A DNA stretch of 63,216 bases, counting the filler, from Hyphochytrium catenoides (taxonomy: Eukaryota > Protista > Hyphochytriomycota): NCBI GenBank assembly GCA_900088475.1. It is 7 parts of 7 records of this genome, joined end to end, with 100 filler letters (N's around TTAATTAATTAA, not from the genome) between each part and the next. Parts side by side here need not be neighbours in the genome. Positions count along the whole stretch, not along the records: positions 36,255 to 53,588 come from FLMG01002392.1; positions 53,689 to 61,670 come from FLMG01003221.1; 5 more parts are not named here. One strand, given 5' to 3'. Numbering within the stretch: position 1 is the first letter of the stretch; each line of letters opens with the position of its first letter. Shown piece after piece: positions 45,821 to 58,330 of this stretch. The position numbers and the translations under genes were made by a program. The notes under the pieces are model-generated. The model was not told where the DNA came from. It made no database searches and was given only the letters and a program-made list of their open reading frames with translations.

Positions 45821-48800
45821 ATGGTGGAAGCTAAAGAAGAGAAGAAGGATGCAAGTAAAGGCCAAGACGACGTGAGAGGCCGAACTGACGAGAAGGAGGA
45901 GGAGGCGCGGAAAAAGAGTAAGACATAACTACCAAGTTAACCCTTCATGCACCAATCTCTCCTTCCCTATTGAGGTCTACTCGACACCTAACCATCTAGC
46001 TCATCCCCTTGGGGTTTACTATGGCTCAGGTCCATGGCTCCATGCCTGGTACGACCCGGTGGCAGGCATCCAAGCCTTCTCAAGGTAGAGTGCCCCCTAT
46101 ATACGTCCCGCGCCAACTCCATGAGAGGACATCTATACTTGATTTGCTGGCTTGGCCACCATAGGCGCGCTGCTATATCTCCATGTTTTACCCTTGTTGA
46201 TCTCTGCTTTCTCCCCCTTCTTAGCCTATTTCCATAATAATACTCTTGCCTCGTTTCAGCGGCCTGGTTTGCTCAGACCTCTTCGATGACGGAGAGAACC
46301 GGCTCGTTGTAGGAGACAGATCACGCAAGCTGCGGATCTATAAAGGTGCCTGACCTACTTTTTCCAATCGCTATCTCTTTTCTCGCCTATGGCTGTGTCA
46401 ACCTCCCTCTCAGTCAAACTCGTCTACTCTTATTCTCCCGCCTCACCTATTGGCGGTCCATTCTCCCCCCTCACCTATTGGCGGTCCATTCTCCCCCCTC
46501 CCCTATTGGCGGTCTGAATGCTTGGCGTCTCTGCCTTCGTCTCTCCCACGAAAGACCAATTCATAGTCCTCAACCTCTTATTAGCATCGTCGGTCTGTTC
46601 CTGGCATTACTAATTGGGGTCTCGTCTCTTTTGCCTGCCTCTTCATTATCTTTCCCTCGACAGGAACCACATTGGCTACTGAAGTACCACTACTGGGAAT
46701 ACCGTCCGCTGTTTGTCAATATTACTCAGGTCAGCGTGGTTGGAGTACAGCACCCATATAAGTGTTCTTAATAGTCTTGAGAGGAGAGAGGCGTAGAGCT
46801 AGAAAGCAAAAAGACTCACCTCCGCCTGTTCTTCGCCGTAGACACCATGAGCCCAAGGATCCCTTGCATAGCTGTGGCCTCTGGCCCTAGCGTCTACATT
46901 TACCGCAGTCTTAGACCGTTCTTCAAGTTCACATATCCGTCACAACACTCTTCCACCTTCATTCCACTTCACAGTCTGAGCTCAATCGGGCATCTCCCCT
47001 CCATGGCTCACTTACTCAAAAGCAGCTATCTTTGTCGCTAATTTACCTCGCTCTGAACTCCCCGTCATTGTGCACTGAGCACTTATTCCGCACACTTTCC
47101 GGGCCTGAGCGCCTTCTATCTTTTGACGCTAGATTAAATTTAGGTACCTCTTCTATTACTGGGCTGCTTCCTTAACCGCTACTACTGTCCCAGCGCTTCC
47201 CATGAAGGGTTCCGAACTGGAAATCTGGCAGCAGCTGCTGAAGGACAAGACTTCAGTTTCTGAAGCCACGGAGGCACTTAATAGTCTCAGGTGGGGTTTC
47301 CCTTCGTATCCCTGTCAATATCAGTGCGGCGGAAGCCTTGGCTACGTTAGAACAGGTTCTCTAGACAAAAAGAAGGCGTCTGTCCTTGTCCCTTCCACAT
47401 AACCTTTCCGTTCTACAATTGTCCTCTACTCTTGTAGAGAGCGAAGTGCATTGACAGTAGATGCGTACCTTTAGGGAAAGCGGAAGTCCATTGACTTCAA
47501 GATCTGTCGAGTTCTTAGCCCTTGACACGCCAGCCAAGCAAACGGAATACGTTGGCCTGTACGTGCTCCTGCTTCCACTGTATCGTGTGCTAATTAACTC
47601 CTAGATTCTTGCTATAACTTGGCCATCTCCTTTCCTCCTATTGGTTCACCACATCAGGTATAGTTCCTGTAGTTTCTCTCTGTCCTTCTGATTGAGAGGA
47701 AGTCTCATGTGTGATGCTATCCTATTCAACTCAAATGGTCCATAACCTTTTCTCCCAAGATGCGACTCTTCCTCTCTGGAGGATCCTGTCTCTGTTACAT
47801 GCATGTCTGTGCTGAAGAAGTGTCTGGATGACGACGACGCTGTGGCAGGGTAAGGGCAAAGACTACCTCGTATTCTACTTTGCACGCCTCTTCCCTTGCG
47901 GAGGAAGGACAGCGAAAGGCAGTTTTTTCGTGGTTGGGTCTTCTTTGTAGTCTTTCTAAACTCTGCTCATTCACCGCTATGGGGTTGGAATTATTATGGC
48001 TTTCATGCCCTGACTGTAGCTCGAAGGTCGTCTCACTTGTCTGTTCTTCTAAACTCTAGTTCAACTCTCCCGTTGCCCCCGACGACTTCGCACTTAATAT
48101 ATTCTCTCACAACTCTTTGGTCTAGGCTAGTGCTTGGGACGGAGAAAAATCAAGTCATTCTCCTCAATCCGCAAGGCGCCGCAATACTAAAGACGTAGGG
48201 ATCACTTCAGCTCTCTATCGTTAACCTCTTCTTGGCCACTCACTCTCATAAAGTTGGCGCCACCGCTTAAGTTCAGTGCCTTTGCGGCTCGCTTCCTTAC
48301 TCTTATCGACCGCTGCAGACCAACTCCCTATGGTATTCTTAACTTCGTCATGTCCATCGCCTTATGATATCGTACTTTTTTTGCAGGATCAACGTACCAG
48401 GAACTCCTGCCTTTCTAGCAGTGTTTGGGCTCTATGACGTTGAATTTCGCATCGTAGTTGCATGCCGTGACAACAGCATCTACTTTATCAAGGTTGATTG
48501 TGTTATGGGGAGGAGAAGGGACACTAGGTTGCGTGTCAGAGTGCATTTGCTTCCAGGCCGGAAGACTAGGCGGGCCATCGTGAACTAGCGTTAGATTCTC
48601 ATGGGATAGCGGAGAGGGTCACATACTGGTCACGATGCTGGCTGTGCATTATTCTCATCATCGACTCAACGTCAGCTCACTTTCATCGTCTTCACCACTG
48701 TTCTTTTTTTCTCTCGTTGGCAGAACAATGAGCTCTTGACGACCAAAATTGAGATGGAGGTTCCCCTTTGCGGTATGGTGAAGGTAGGACAGGATATCGT

Positions 48801-51604
48801 CGTCGCTGGAATGGATAACTCCATACAGTCATTCAATCTCAAGGTAAGCTCTTTGCCGTCAGGTCGTGTTGAGGCGTCCGAAACCCACCACTTCTGATTA
48901 TGGAGCCCCATTCCTCTTGTTCTATTTCATCGCTGATGCATATCTCTCTCTTTTCTCTATCAGGGAAAGAAAAATTGGTCGTTCTCGGTCCCAGTGGCTA
49001 TCACCAATATTGAGGTGCTCGCAGCCAACAGGACTAGGAATATCCCCTGCCTCATCATAGCGTTATGTACAGGAGAGGTGCAGGTCTACCACGAAAGAAA
49101 TCTGGTACGAAAGGAGCTCTCTTGTTGCCTAGAATGTAACAACTACGTCGTGCCCGCCCAGACTGACTCATCTATTTGGTCTCTTAGACGGGGCGGAGGA
49201 CCTTACGTTGGTTAAAAGTTGGCTTTCTTATCGGACATTCTCTTGAGCTCCTATTAATGGCTCTTCATGAATATCTGCGTGTGTTACCCTAGTTTTCGGC
49301 TTTCTCAAAATAGCTCTCATGAAAGCCTCTTCTGGCTGCTCCCATCCTAACAATTTTATTGGTATGGTTTGCAGGTCGCGACCCTTGCCACCGGTGAGCC
49401 AGTAAATGGCATCCGCTTTGGCAAGTATGGGAGGGAGGACAATACACTGCTTATTGTTCACAAGGTCAGAGCATCTGCTTGTTTACGCAAGCACCTATGG
49501 CTTGTTGGGTTCTCGTTTCTTCATCTAAAACGCCAGCTTGTGTCTGAGCTCACATCATCCTGTTCTAACCTGGGCTCACATCACTCTGTTCTAACCATTT
49601 TATGCTGCCTGCTGCAGAGCGGAGCTCTTACTATCAAGATGCTTTCGAGGCACTTTCAGCTGGAGGTAGGACAGAAGGTTCATACTCTAGTCCTTGGGAC
49701 TGTTTTTTCTTTTTCAATGAACGGGAATTGCGCTGTCTTCTTTAATACTGGTTACATCGTGTTGTTCATCCTCCTTAACCAATTTCCTCTTACTCCCACT
49801 GATCACGTTCTGATGAATAACCTCTAGAAGAGTAAAACTAGACCAGGCCCTCCTCAAGAACAAGGTGAGTCTTTCGAGCTCGGCTTATGAAGCTATCCAC
49901 CCAGATCCTTGGAGCTGGGCTCAAAACATATTAACCGATTGACTCGGCAGAAATCCCTCTTAATATACCCAAGAAGACGAAGCTATACGTGGAGCAGACG
50001 CAAAGGGAGAGAGAACTTGCCGTCGATATGCATCGCGTCTTTCAGGTCGTTTACATTCAAAAGACAAGCCTGGCCTTTAGAAACCCCCGAACAGTGCTGC
50101 TCAGCTCTTACCTCCATGCTTCTCTCTTCATTCAGCGTATGCTGGGTACATTTATGTACCTCTCTTGCTGTCTCTGCTCCATGTGGTGCTTGCAAAATAA
50201 GACGATGTTCGTTGCTGTGCGCTTGTTCATCGGCCACTACTCACTCCCCATTGCCCTCTTCCAGCGTGATCTATGCAAACTGCGTCTTACCACCGCTCAA
50301 GCTTATGTCAAGATGATCACGGACGGTCAGGTACGAGAAACATGGTTAAGCGGTACGCTCACCGGTTGCTATGCCGCCTGGGAGAAAGGAAACAGGGGTG
50401 GAACATCTGGAAAGAGTGAGGGGACGAGTAACTAGGGATATTCTTCATTTTGGACAGGACAATATTAACAAAAAGGAAATCTAACCTCGCCAAGCAGGGC
50501 CCAGTATCTGTTTCCTCCGGGACAGCCATCCGCTTGAATGCACAGGTAAGAGGGCAGTTGCCCAGACAAGAGAAAAGCTTGCCTAGAAAATCACCAGAGG
50601 GAATGGGAAGGTGCCAGGTCGGATGAGTTGAGATCGAGGAGCTGGAGTGAGGAATACCATAGTAAGGGCGACTAGGCGAACTAAAGCAGAGTAATCTCTT
50701 TAGGTGCAAGGCCTGGGACCGGCCTTCAAGATCAAGCTTTCATTGTTGGTAAGACACCAGCGTCGAGGATGGAGTTGCTAGTCTTGGCCTCTCTCTCCCT
50801 GCCTGCCATCGTCTCTCGCTCTCGTTCTCCTCCCTTATCTCTGTTTTCGGCGTCTCACTATCATCCCACTCTCTTTTTCTCTTAGCTCCTGTGACCACCA
50901 AATTTTACTCGACGTTGTATCTGTCATCATCATCTTCAGTCCCTGTGCGGCTCTATATACTGTGTGCACTTTTGAATTTCTCCTGTGCTTCGTTATGAAC
51001 TGCCTTCTTTCCACAGAACACAGGTTTGAAGACAATGACCAACGTGCCGGTGACACTAAAGTTCAACGCTCAGATGTACAAAGCAGATCTGAATCTTTTT
51101 CATATCAGTGCTCTTGTGCCGGTAAGGCCTCCATGTCAAAACCTGTCAAAGAGTTTTTCATTGATGGCGATGCTTGTATCATTAAGCGTCTCTAGCCAAG
51201 ATGCCTTACAGTCTGTGGATGCCTATGGCTAACTCTGCTTCTAGGGTCTGCCTCTGGAGCACGAGGTTAATGTGAGATGCGTGGATCCTCAAGGTGGAGC
51301 GGGAACTATCTACGTCTACGTCTGCAACTCTTTCAGGTGCGCCTTCATACTTTGGACTCGACTGCAAAACTCCATGAGACTGCCCGTCTCTTCCTTACCA
51401 TCGTCTGGTGATCCTTACCAGTGACTTGAGACTCTTGAGAATTGCTTCTTAGACTGTTTGCCAGGATGGTACTCCATTTAACTATGAGCACCGGCTAAGC
51501 GTCTGACATCGACCCTGTTTCTCCCTCTGTTCGCATTCAGTACCGTCCCGTTGGTCTCGGCAGCCGTCCAGATGCCCCTAAGTGAGGAGATAATGCAGCC
51601 CTAA
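45821..51604 (+). CDS. BBS1: Bardet-Biedl syndrome 1 protein (BBSome subunit), 22 exons including one AT-AC intron
   Basis: WLHAWYDPVAGI, DLFDDGENRLVVGD, IAVASGPSVYIYRSLRPFFKF, LVLGTE, GLYDVEFRIVVACRD, FGKYGREDNTL, LNIPKKTKLYVEQTQRERE, FQRDLCKLRL, VQGLGPAFKI and C-terminal VQMPLSE. Confidence 0.96.
46432..46514 (+). repeat. 28-bp minisatellite x3 (ATTCTCCCCCCTCACCTATTGGCGGTCC) in BBS1 intron 3
   Basis: Three near-identical tandem units are directly visible. Confidence 0.85.
46933..47185 (+). other. U12-type (minor spliceosome) AT-AC intron in BBS1
   Basis: 5' end ATATCCGT, branch site TTCCTTAAC at 47168-47176 and 3' end CTAC. Removal gives the gap-free reading FKFTVPALPMKGSELEIW. Confidence 0.82.
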
Positions 51605-53747
51605 CGGTCTGGTTATGATTACTTTTTGTTCACATAGAACTACATCTGCACGCTCTATCTAAAGCAAAGTCAATAAGGCACAGAGAGTCTGTCCCTCTCC
51701 TAACCCTCATCACAATGCTTCTTTCAATAAAGGAAGGTTGAGAAGAGCAGCAGTATATCGTGAAGCTCTCGACCAACGGTATGAACACAGCTCGACCCTG
51801 GAGCTGAATATCAAAGCTTGTCCTCTATGACATCTTGTCCCTTTCTAGCTCGGTCGATGCAGCATCATAAGTAACAGCCAGCAGCCACAGAGGGCGATAC
51901 TCCATATACCGCGAGGGTAGCCTTCTACGATTGTGGAAAGAGTTGAGATGCGTACCCCAAAGTGAACAACAGGGCTAGACTTTGCAAGAAGAGAGTTGAT
52001 GTCAGCTTGTACCCTTCTTTATTCCGCCCATACATTGATGGAGCCTCTCGAAAGGGAGAACGTTGTTGTTACTTACTCGAGGGTGATAAGCGTCATCCTT
52101 CGTTGTTCTTCCTTCCTCACACTGCTCATATACCATACGTAGTGTCTCTCTCTCTCTCTCTCCCTCTCTCTCTCTCTCTCTCATCAGCTGCTGCGGGCCT
52201 GCAACTGGTACTAATTAGCTCTTCTAAAAAGGGCTGCTCATAAACACTGCGGCTATAAGAGTTGATGACGACGACTCTTGTCCCTCACCCCGCCAATGCG
52301 TCTTGACCCTTGGTCAATCAGAGGGAGGAAAGGCACAGCGTTCTTCGTCTCTGGCCCACCAGGAAGGAAATGAAGGTGTTTCGTCGCCCTCCCACACCTT
52401 CTTGTTCAGCTTTTCTAGAAGGCGCAATCTTTACCCCTCCTCTCTCCTTCGACGACTCTGCCCGGGGCGTGCTCATCTCGTTGCCCTCTGCTGGATGATG
52501 ATGAGTCCTTCTCTCTTCGCCCTCCACTTTTGCACGAGGGAAGCCACCAGCTCAGCCATCCTCCCATCACCTTCCTGTTCTGATCAACGACAGGATGATG
52601 GACAGAACAAACAGACTCTCCAACCAACGCCCTTCGAACCTGTGAATTGCTCCTTCCTTTCTCCTAAAAGCCGCTCTCTGTGTGTGTGTCTCTCTCTGTC
52701 TGGTCTCTCTCTGTGTGTCTTCCTTTCTCTGTCTCTCTCTTTGTCCCTCTCCCTCTCTCTCTCTCTCTTTGTCTCTCACTCTGCCTCGTTTCTGTCTGGT
52801 CTCTCTCCCCCTCTGCCTCTCTCTCCGTCCCTCTCTCTCTCTGCCTCTCTGTCTCTCTGTCACTCTCTCTCTCAAAATTCTGTCTGCTTATTATATGTCA
52901 GAGGAGTACGTAACAGTCACTCACCACTCACCCGCTTCAATCAGAGATAAATGGAGTCTCATACTGAGATTTTACTAGACCTATCCCTGATAATACCAAC
53001 CTGAAGCGTGACACATTCTTTGTGGGTTGATGTAGGCGGATGGTAATTGTAATATATATTCTGAATAACATAAGCCAAGATAGTTAAAACTCATTCCTTT
53101 CTAGCTTATATACTGGATCTATATTGTCTACCGTGTCCAGGACTGCCAGATGCAGCGATATATGGCATCTCCATTCGGTATAGAGCAGAAATGGAGTGAT
53201 GATAGTTCGTTCTGTTTCATAGACGACGTGGACGCACAGAGCGTAATAAAGAAGTACAAAGTACAGTACGAGTAGTTGACAGACTAGCGAGCGAGAGAGA
53301 GAGCAAGTAGAACTAATCCTTTTCTAAGCTCGTACAGTAAAGCAGAAACTAAAGAGGCTGAGCCTGCAAGTAACAAGATAGTTCTAATTTTTGTACGAGT
53401 AAGTAACCGAGGATTCAACCCACAGGAAGTCGACTTGACTACCTGGTACTACACATTTAGGACGTTTCCCCTACGGGATAGACAGAAGAACTCTGCAGCT
53501 GTGGTCACCAACAATTGACACCACTTCTTTGAACATTGGCCACAATAGCCGTTAGCGGTATTCTCCTTAAGGTCCCACAAGTTGAGCTNNNNNNNNNNNN
53601 NNNNNNNNNNNNNNNNNNNNNNNNNNNNNNNNTTAATTAATTAANNNNNNNNNNNNNNNNNNNNNNNNNNNNNNNNNNNNNNNNNNNNAATCTTTACTCG
53701 GAGTAGTGGATCCTTAGGTGTCAAGAAGGACCATTATTCTACAATAT

Positions 53748-56700
53748 GATATCTGCGAAAAGGTGATTTGTAGGGGCTCCGGCACTGCAAAAGTGATGAG
53801 TGCAGAACCTAATGCCGCCGGGAAGTCGGGTACCGGCACTACTGCGCAGCAAAATGGAGCACCAATGGTCTGGTATGGCAGCTGGTCCTGCAATTGAGTG
53901 AGGTAGACTTGAACGCTTGCCTGGAAATTGCTGAATGACTCACTCCAATCATCCCCTCCTTCTTCGCTACCTACTAGCTGCCCTAATAGGTCTTATTTAC
54001 TACTATTCTTCTACTGCCAAACTATTCTACTCTCCGCTGATCGCTTTGTCACACGAACGCATCAGTCACCTCTTAGCCCTCCTTATCTGGTTAGCCATGA
54101 CCAGTAGTAGTCATTCTTCAGGCCGGCGGCGGCCGTACGGAAAGACATACAGTCCACTTCATCATCCCGATGACTACTGTTGAGATAAAAGTGACGGCGC
54201 TAGACCTTATCGTTCCAATAAAACGGTAGTTAGCAGGGCAATTCTTAGCAAAGCAATGGAGTTTGACTTGAAAGAAGAAGGCCAACTTTCTCTACCATCT
54301 GCTAGTCGTTTAGCTACTAGGAGTTAACACCCGGACGACTCAGTCTTTAATCCAAAGAGGGATGGTCTGTCCGCCCATCCGCCGCTAAAATAGATCAGTA
54401 GTTCTACGTCTTCCTACTGCAGGGTAATGGACAATATTAGATCAGCCAATTCAATGATGATGGTAAGACTCGAGTGAGACCATGGCCCAGCTGCGGGAGA
54501 CAGGCGGAGCAAAGTCTTACCAACTCATAGACCAAAGCAAAGAAGGAAACGCCAATTCCTCTGTTCACGCTGTTCACCAAGGGTGAGGTTCCGCACCTTT
54601 GATGGTTTTGATGGAGACAGGAGACAGTGCTTCATTAACTAGGTAATAATATAAAAGGCTGATTGTACAGAGTGCGAACATCCTCAACAACAAAACAGAG
54701 TCGTTCTTTCTAAGCCTGTCTGCTGCGAGAGAGTCGGTGTAGAATATGAAGTTCAGCAAGATGCCCGGTGTAGAGACGGTGTAATTATCAAAAGTGCTTC
54801 TTGTCTTCTTGTGCATTCGGCGGACGCAGCAGCACCATCAACAACAAAGGTCCTGAAGAAGGAGTCCAGTAGCTGTCCGGTCCTCACTTCTCATTATTGC
54901 ACCGGCTCTCCCACGCAGTTCCGGTCTGCTGCAGGGCAGGCCTTTTTATAAAATAGTTCTTGCAACCAGCAATGTCTCGAGTGATGATCCCAACAAGAAG
55001 GGCTTGGCTGATATTGAGCCTCTCGATCCGGCTACAAGGCTCGTCATGAATATGTCGAGGCATTCACCGGATAGGCGAGAACCCGTCTTCAGAAAGTGTG
55101 CAATTGACCTCCTGTTTTACTCTAGCAACTGACTCGAAAGCACCCGCCACGCCAATGCAGTCGGAGAGAACACGAAGGAGACAAAAGTGCTACTGCCGAA
55201 GCTTTTCAATGCGAGCAATAGTGCAGGTGATATCCCAGCAGTACAGCTTTACTACTACGTAAGCGGCAGAAGGTGATACACTGAGGGAGGAGGAGCCTGC
55301 TTCTCAGTCGCAAATGATTCACCAGATGGGCGCCTTCAATATGTATGATGAGGAATCCTGCGGCCCAGAAAAGCCATTGACTTACCAGTAGCTTCTTATC
55401 ATTCCCTCTCTCTTTTCCCCTCATGACGGATGCCAGAGCTGTCTGAGCAGGGGAGCTAAAAACGGACTGATGCGCATTTTTCAGGACCAAAGGGCGAGGC
55501 ATACCACTTCTTGGAGGATGCGAAATACATCCCCACAGCGCTAAGAAGAGCTATTTCTACGTACACTGAAAGGTGCAAAGGAGGCACACACATCCTCCTG
55601 ACATGGTCAGCCTTCCCATTCTATGAGATTAATACCATCCTTCTGTTCATTCAACGTCAACGGAGGATTGTGTTGACGACTCCTTTCCTGTGCACTGCTC
55701 GGAAGCGGTGTCCCTTTCCCTGTCTCACTTTCTTCTGGTCAAACACGTGCCAGGAAGCACTACTTGAGGGCAATCTCTTACGCTCGGCAGCGCAGCTGCA
55801 AGGCTATATACTACGATGCAGCACCTGGCAGAGTTGGCCTCCTTAATACAGCGTCTGTGCACGATGTCTATCTAACTTCGATTGAAACAGGGCGGAGGAG
55901 GGTTGTTGAAAGAAGAGGATTCAAGGCGATGCTCGTACAATTCTCTTTATGGATGCTCAACTGTTATAGTCCGGATAATGTTGACCCCGCAGCAGAAGAG
56001 AGGCTTTTGGAAGAGAGGCGGAGTGATGGCGACCGTAGTAGTAGTGCTACTACTACTGCTAGTAGCAGTAGTTGCTGAGCCGCTGATGAAGAAAGATGAT
56101 GGATAGGATGCTGTAGACGGACATGAACGGCATCGAATAGATAGCAATAAGAACAGCTTTCACCTCCCTTCACCACTTCAAAAGGCAGCAAACATCTTCA
56201 AACGCGAGGATAGCAGCAGGCATTCGCCCATGTTACTCTTTAAGATAACAGAGACCTTGCGTCCGTATGTCTTCTGCTACTAGACCATCAGTACCATGGC
56301 CAGGAACGCCTACGTCCAGTGAGCAGCGCAGCTGCTTTGCAACCCCGATGCAAACAAGAAAGGAAAACCGCTAAGACGATAAGTCTAGGGGCTGACCGCG
56401 ACGGACGCTATAGAAATAGGAAGTTACCTCTGTCTGTGGCGCATTCAAGAGTGTGTACAGAAGCTTCTTCTTCCACGCACAGCATCTACGTTAGACATCG
56501 CTGGCGGCAGTGCTGGACTCTGGCCAGCGAAACCCAGGGGCTTAGACTCTGCGAACGGGAAGTGCGTCGCTCTAATGGCTGCGAATTGTTGAGAAGACTG
56601 CGAAGCAAAGAAGAATCAGCTCCGGGGCTCCCTCCAGTTATAGGGTGTCCCGGACTTTAAGGACTGTCTCACGCACGGTCTTCTCTACACTAGACATTGT

Positions 56701-58235
56701 TGAACGTGTTGGACTCTGCTGCAGTTCCGAACCTCGTCGAGAGGTACCAATTCCAATCAGAAGGACCGCGAAGCCAAGAGGACTCGGCAACAATATTGAT
56801 GGTTCGTTTGCACCAGAACTCCTCACACCGCCTGTGGGGTACTTCACCTTGCTGGGCTTGTAGCCTCTGCTACGCTGATAAGCGGAACTGCGTCGGGCGT
56901 TCGCGCTGCGCTAGAGATGATCCTGAAGCTAAGACCTGCCGGGCTGCATAGTTAGTTCATGGTGCGTCCGGCTCTTGTATAAGAACTCTTATAGAGTAAT
57001 GGACACTCGAGACATTGCTGGGTGCTATTTTATCAAAAGGCCTGCAGCAGACCGGAACTGCGTGGGAGATACCCGCTGCAATCAGTGAGGACCGGACAGC
57101 TACTGGACTCCTTCAGGACCATTGTTGTTGATGGTGCCGCGTCCGCCCTATGCACAAGAAATAACTTTTCATAATACACCGTCTTCTACACTGGAGATCT
57201 TGCTGAACTTCATATTCTACACCGACTCGCTAGCAGCGGACAGGCTTAGAACGACTCTGTTTTGTTGTTGGGGACGTTCGGACTCTGTACAATCAGCCTT
57301 TTATATTACTTAGTTAATGAAGCACTGTCTCCTGTCTCCATCAAAGATGCTGAACCTCACCCTTGGCGAACAGCGTGAACAGAGGAACTGGCGTTTCCTT
57401 CTTTGCTTTGGTCTATGAACTGGTATACCTTCGCTCCGCCTGTCTCCCGCAGCTGGGCCATGGTCTCACTCGAGTCTTACCATCATCATTGAATTGGTTG
57501 ATTTATTGTCCATTACCCTGCAGTAGGAAGACGTAGAACTACTGATCTATTAGCGGCGGATGGGCGGACAGACCATCCCTCTTTGGAGGCAAAGACTCAG
57601 TCGTCCGGGTGTTCTCCGCTGTAAACTCCTACCTGTAGTAGCTGAACGAGTAGCAGATGGTAGAGGAAGTTGGCCTTCTTCTTTCAAGTCAAACTCCATT
57701 ACTTTGCTAAGGATTGCCCTGCTAACTACCGTTTTATTAGAACGATAAGCTCTACCGCCGTCACTTTTATCTCAACAGTAGTCATTGGGATGATGAAGTG
57801 GACTGTATGTCCTTCCGTACGGCCGCCGTCGGCCTGAAGAACGACTACTCGTACTGGTCATGGCTAACCAGATGAGGAGGGCTACGCGGCGACTGATGCG
57901 TTCGTGTGACAAAGCGATCAGCGGAGAGTAGAATAGTATGGCAGTAGAAGAATAGTAGTATCAGCGCTCTAGTGATGGGCTAGTAAATTAGACCTATTAG
58001 GGCAGCTAGTAGCTAGCGAAGAAGGAGGGGATGATTGGAGTGAGTCATTCAGCAATTTCCAGGCAGGTGTTCAAGTCTATCTCACTCAACTGCAGGACCA
58101 GCTGGCATACCAGACCATTGGTGCTCCATTTTGCTGCGCAGTAGTGCCAGTACACGACGTCACGGCGGCATTAGGTTCTGCACTCATCACTTTTTGCAGT
58201 GGCGGAGCCCCTACAATCACCTTTTCGCAGATATC
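53748..58235. mobile_element. Long-TIR element (foldback/Mutator-like, non-autonomous): arms 53748-54983 and 57004-58235, ~2-kb unique core
   Basis: The arms are colinear reverse complements, roughly 85-90% identical by eye with small indels. Both outer ends read GATATCTGCGAAAAGG. The flanks CTA-CAATAT and CTATCAACAT resemble a degenerate TSD. Confidence 0.7.
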
Positions 58236-58330
58236 CTATCAACATCCTGGCTCGACAGACAGCAGGTTCAGTCCCGCTGACTTGCCCTTATCGCTTACCA
58301 AGAGAGTAACAGAAGAAACGTATAGGACGA

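Noticed and set aside
46432-46514. 28-bp repeats as a CRISPR-like array
   Set aside because: The units are directly tandem with no spacers, and they lie inside a eukaryotic intron.
52260-52660. Possible exon downstream of BBS1
   Set aside because: All frames are short or interrupted, and no homology was recognised.
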